Assembly: GCA_963745235.1 (NCBI GenBank) | Contig: CAVUXE010000084.1 | Location: 1-64,000, forward strand | Length of the DNA: 64,000 nt | DNA from: an uncultured Spirochaetota bacterium | Lineage (GTDB): Bacteria; Spirochaetota; Spirochaetia; SZUA-6; Fen-1364 | Reading direction: 5' to 3' | In this document: positions 60,596 through 64,000 of the stretch, piece after piece | Layout of the letters: each line of letters begins with the position of its first letter | How positions within the stretch are numbered: the first letter of the stretch is position 1 | Made by a program: the position numbers and the translations under genes | The notes under the pieces: generated by a model | Databases searched by the model: none | What the model was told of the DNA's origin: nothing | What the model saw: the letters and a program-made list of their open reading frames with translations, nothing else

Positions 60596-61140
60596 ATGAT
60601 CACTGACAGGCTGAAGAACCGGTACCTGTCGTCGATTTCCCGGAAGCTCCAGGAAAGGGGCCGGGTTGCCCGCCGCGCCACGTCTATCAGCCCGAGGCCG
60701 GCGCCTCCCGCGGGAAGGCGCGGCCCGCGAAGCCTCTCCTTGTACAGGGCCTTGAGCTCCGCCTTGTCCATGGCGCGCAGCTCTTCGAGGCGCAGCGCCA
60801 GGGCGCCGACGTGGGCCTGGTCCATCATGTTCCCGGCGCTGACGGCGTAGGCGTTGCCCTGCCTGCCGATGGCCAGCGTCCCGGCGTCCAGCCCGGCCTC
60901 GTCCTTCCTGTCTTTCAGCCTGCCCGTGTACGCCTGCACGTTCTGTGCAAGCTCCACGAAGACGGCAAACACGTCGGAGACGGCGGAGCGGGAGGTGGTT
61001 TCCGTTTCCAGGTAGCGCTTCACGGCGATCCCGATCTCCTCAATGATGCTGTGGGAAAACGGGCCGTTGAAACAGATGAGGACTTCCCCGTCGATGAAGC
61101 TCTTCCTGAGACCGTAGAGGTCCAGGGCTTGGGTTCGCAT
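60592..61140 (-). CDS. siaB: SiaB-family protein kinase
   Basis: It has CFNGPFSHSIIEEIG, VFVELAQN and GAGLGLIDVARRA (GHKL-like). Confidence 0.9.
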   Translation of the reverse strand: MRTQALDLYGLRKSFIDGEVLICFNGPFSHSIIEEIGIAVKRYLETETTSRSAVSDVFAVFVELAQNVQAYTGRLKDRKDEAGLDAGTLAIGRQGNAYAVSAGNMMDQAHVGALALRLEELRAMDKAELKALYKERLRGPRLPAGGAGLGLIDVARRATRPLSWSFREIDDRYRFFSLSVII

Positions 61141-61142
61141 TC

Positions 61143-63116
61143 TCAGTCTCCTCTTTCCGCGACGCGGAACCCGATGATGGTGATGTCGTCGCGCTGCGGG
61201 AGCGAGCCGCGCCACTTTTCAATTGCGGCTTCGATGCTCGAAAGCTGCGCGGCCAGGGGGAGGGACCAGCAGGAGGCCATGAGGATGGCCAGCCGATCGC
61301 TTCCGAATCCGAATCCGCGCGGACCCCCGGCCAGGTCCAGGATTCCGTCGGTGGACAGGTAGAACGTGGTGGCGTCCAGGGGTACGTGAGTAACAGAAAG
61401 CTGGCCGTCGGGAGCCCGGCGGCGCGACCCGATTGACCCGCGGCCTGCCCGGATGCGCCGTGCTCCCCGTTCGCCGGCGCAGAAAAGATCGATTCCCGCC
61501 CCCGCGTAGCTCAGCGTGTTTGCATTCGGCCTGATGCGGCACAGGGCAATGTCCAGGCCTCGCTGGCTTCCCGGGCCGCCAGCATCCTCACCGAGGTTGC
61601 TCCGTATGCTCACATCCAGCTCGTCGATGAGGGCGGCCGGGTCGACTCCAGCCCTGCGGGCCGCAATGGCCTCCAGAGCGGACTCCGTGTACATGCTCAT
61701 GAGGGCGCCCGAGACTCCGTGCCCCGTGCAGTCCGCTATGCCCAGGAGAAACGAGTCACCATCATCGCGGAAGAAGTAGAAGTCTCCGCCAACGCGATAT
61801 CTCGGGCGAAAGAGGATGAACCGCTCGGGCAGGCGTCGTTCCAGGGCCCGCCCGCCGGGCAGGATGGAGCGCTGGATGATGTCCGCATACTCGAGGTCCT
61901 CCACCATGCGGGCGTTCGCCTCCGCAAGCTGCTGCGTCCGCTCCCTGACCTGGCGCTCCAGGTTTTCCGTGGCCGCCTGAACCTCGCCGGCCATCGTGGA
62001 GAAGGAGGTGGCGAGTGCGCCGATCTCCCCGACCCCCGCCGCCGGAAGGGCAAGGTCGTACCGGCCCCTGGCCATCTCCCCGGCTGCCGTCGTCAGGGCG
62101 CCGAGAGGCATCAGGATGAGCCGATCCACTGACAATGCCAGCGCCACCAGGAGCAGCGCAAGGGCGGCCAGGAAGACCACCAGGATGGCCGCGAAGCTTC
62201 GGACCGTGAGAAACCTGGCAAGATCCACGGCGGCAATGATCGTCCAGCCTCCAAGGCCGGGGAGGGCGGAGGCCGCCACGAGGCTTCGTGAGCCCTCGAA
62301 GCTGATCCTCGTGGTGCGGACCGTCGTGGGGTCCGCGCCGGCCCCGCGGAGAAGCTCGCTCAGCGCCGTCCTGTCATGCGGGGAACCTGCCAGGTCAACT
62401 GCCCTCACCTTGGCTTTCCCGGTCCAGGTCCGCGCGTTTCGCTCCAGGTAGTCGAGGTCCCGGGAGGCCGTGATGCTCCCCTGGTCATCGACGAGCATGA
62501 CGGACAGTCCTTCCCGGGCCGCGCGGCCGAGGTCGGCAAGAAAGGCCGTGATGTCGATTGCGCTTCCCGCAACGGCAATCGGGCGGCCGCCGTCACGCAC
62601 CACGCAGTTGATCCACACCTTCGTGACATGGAGGTTGGTGTCGTAGTCGAGGTTGAGCTCCCAGTCCTTCTGCAAGCGGAGCGTGCGGAAGAACCAGGCG
62701 TCTGACAGCGCGCCGGGACTGAGCGTGACGACGACCCGCCGCCCGTCCGACGGCTCGTTGTAGTAGGTGTTGCTGGAGGCAATGGCCACGAAATAGCTGT
62801 GGTCCCCGAAGGCCCGACGGTAGCTCTCCAGCTCTGCCCGGGCTGCAGCGGCCTTTACGGGATTTCCCTCATCCAGGATCCACGCCTTGACGACAGGAGA
62901 GTCAGCCAGCTTGCGGGCCAGCACGACCTCCGGCTCCACCATGCCCATGATCCGCGCCGTTGCCAGCTGCGTGTTGGTCTGGGCAAACCGGGTCCCCAGG
63001 GACTCGACAATCCCCTGCGCCGTGGCGAAGAAGAGGATGAAGGATATGATCCCCGCGGCCAGGAACAGGGTGAAAGCGAAAAGGAGAAACCGTGTCTTGA
63101 GCCCCCAGGAGCGCAT
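61143..63116 (-). CDS. siaA: SiaA membrane PP2C phosphatase (Cache-HAMP-SpoIIE)
   Basis: It has a TM, a periplasmic domain (DAWFF..KVWIN), a second TM and a HAMP domain, then VGGDFY, IADCTGHG, STDG and RDDIT. Confidence 0.9.
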   Translation of the reverse strand: MRSWGLKTRFLLFAFTLFLAAGIISFILFFATAQGIVESLGTRFAQTNTQLATARIMGMVEPEVVLARKLADSPVVKAWILDEGNPVKAAAARAELESYRRAFGDHSYFVAIASSNTYYNEPSDGRRVVVTLSPGALSDAWFFRTLRLQKDWELNLDYDTNLHVTKVWINCVVRDGGRPIAVAGSAIDITAFLADLGRAAREGLSVMLVDDQGSITASRDLDYLERNARTWTGKAKVRAVDLAGSPHDRTALSELLRGAGADPTTVRTTRISFEGSRSLVAASALPGLGGWTIIAAVDLARFLTVRSFAAILVVFLAALALLLVALALSVDRLILMPLGALTTAAGEMARGRYDLALPAAGVGEIGALATSFSTMAGEVQAATENLERQVRERTQQLAEANARMVEDLEYADIIQRSILPGGRALERRLPERFILFRPRYRVGGDFYFFRDDGDSFLLGIADCTGHGVSGALMSMYTESALEAIAARRAGVDPAALIDELDVSIRSNLGEDAGGPGSQRGLDIALCRIRPNANTLSYAGAGIDLFCAGERGARRIRAGRGSIGSRRRAPDGQLSVTHVPLDATTFYLSTDGILDLAGGPRGFGFGSDRLAILMASCWSLPLAAQLSSIEAAIEKWRGSLPQRDDITIIGFRVAERGD

Positions 63117-63121
63117 GATTC

Positions 63122-63841
63122 CTACGCGTGACCAATCAGCGGCAGCCGCACGCCGTTGATTGTACCAGCATCGTCAGAGCAGAGGAAGAGCATGGCCGCG
63201 GCGATCTCCGCCGCCGGTGTCGACCTGCCATAGGACTTCTTCGGCGCGGCGCCGTGCAGCCCCGCCTCGGCCTCTACCTCTATGCTGTCCACCACGATCA
63301 GGTTTGCGGTTGCCCCGGTGCCGCCAAGCTCATTGGCAAGGGCCAGCACCAGGGCATCGGAGGCGGATTTCGCCATCGCGTACAACGCATTCTTCCCGGT
63401 GGGCGCCTGGGCGCGCGGGGAGGTTACCGCGAGGAACCGTCCCCATCCGCTGGACGACAGGGGCCGGGCGAATGCCCTCACCACGTTGAGCGTTGTCCTC
63501 ACCAGCATGGCGTGCAGGAAATCCCAGTCCGCGTTGACGATTTCGCTGACGCTCGTCCCTCCTTTGTAGCCTCCCACAAGGTGAACCACGATGTCCACGC
63601 GGCCAAACGTCCCGACCACCTGGCCGGCCCACCCTCGGGCACCGGCCTCATCCGCCAGGTCCACCGCCGTTGCCATTCGCCGTTCCCGCGGCGCCCCCAG
63701 GGCATCGAGCAGTCCGATGAGCTTCTGGTCGTCCCGGCCCGCCAGGGCGAGGGCCGCGCCGGCGTCGTGAAAAGCGCGGGCAACGGTGGGACCAAGCCCG
63801 CCCGCGGCGCCGGAGATCGCTGCGACTTTGTCCTTCAACAT
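63122..63841 (-). CDS. Short-chain dehydrogenase/reductase
   Basis: It has SGAAGGLG, FGRVD, YAMAK and INGVRLP. Confidence 0.88.
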   Translation of the reverse strand: MLKDKVAAISGAAGGLGPTVARAFHDAGAALALAGRDDQKLIGLLDALGAPRERRMATAVDLADEAGARGWAGQVVGTFGRVDIVVHLVGGYKGGTSVSEIVNADWDFLHAMLVRTTLNVVRAFARPLSSSGWGRFLAVTSPRAQAPTGKNALYAMAKSASDALVLALANELGGTGATANLIVVDSIEVEAEAGLHGAAPKKSYGRSTPAAEIAAAMLFLCSDDAGTINGVRLPLIGHA

Positions 63842-63907
63842 TTCCCAAAGGTACAGGCTTGCCGCGACCGTTGGCAATCGCTACTCTACGGGCCCACAGG
63901 GAGCGCT

Positions 63908-64000
63908 ATGGACACGGCGTTACGTCGGTTGGAGTTCTGGAGCGGAGTTCGAGACGAATCCCCCATCCTCCTCGGGGTGGTCCCGTTCGGCATGATCTTC
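63908..64000 (+). CDS. AzlC-family permease, N-terminal fragment (runs off the window)
   Basis: FWSGVRDESPILLGVVPFGMIF follows a GGGAG RBS. Confidence 0.75.
   Translation, partial: MDTALRRLEFWSGVRDESPILLGVVPFGMIF

Overview
This is a gene-dense, GC-rich chromosomal window, most likely from a free-living Spirochaetia bacterium. That assignment is inferred from an FlcA-like collar protein, a DnaK-domain/LysM protein next to a lytic transglycosylase, and several spirochete-type hypothetical proteins. The window carries an outer-membrane beta-barrel gene with its own promoter and terminator, a divergent GHMP kinase, an FMN riboswitch with the ribD-E-BA-H operon, a two-component system, and an orphan fused-E1/E2 2-oxoacid dehydrogenase pair. 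It also has trxA, ssb, ilvE, flcA, a class II ribonucleotide reductase (nrdJ) containing a 157-aa mini-intein, mnmE-mnmG-rsmG and ftsK. An A2-type heme-copper oxidase operon is preceded by a membrane-protein/cytochrome c fusion, and there is a complete siaABCD c-di-GMP module. About 17 single-base frameshifts interrupt otherwise intact genes, many beside CCGG. They are probably read or assembly errors rather than pseudogenes. I saw no CRISPR array, tRNA, rRNA or transposase. All family calls come from motif recognition by eye; no database search was run.
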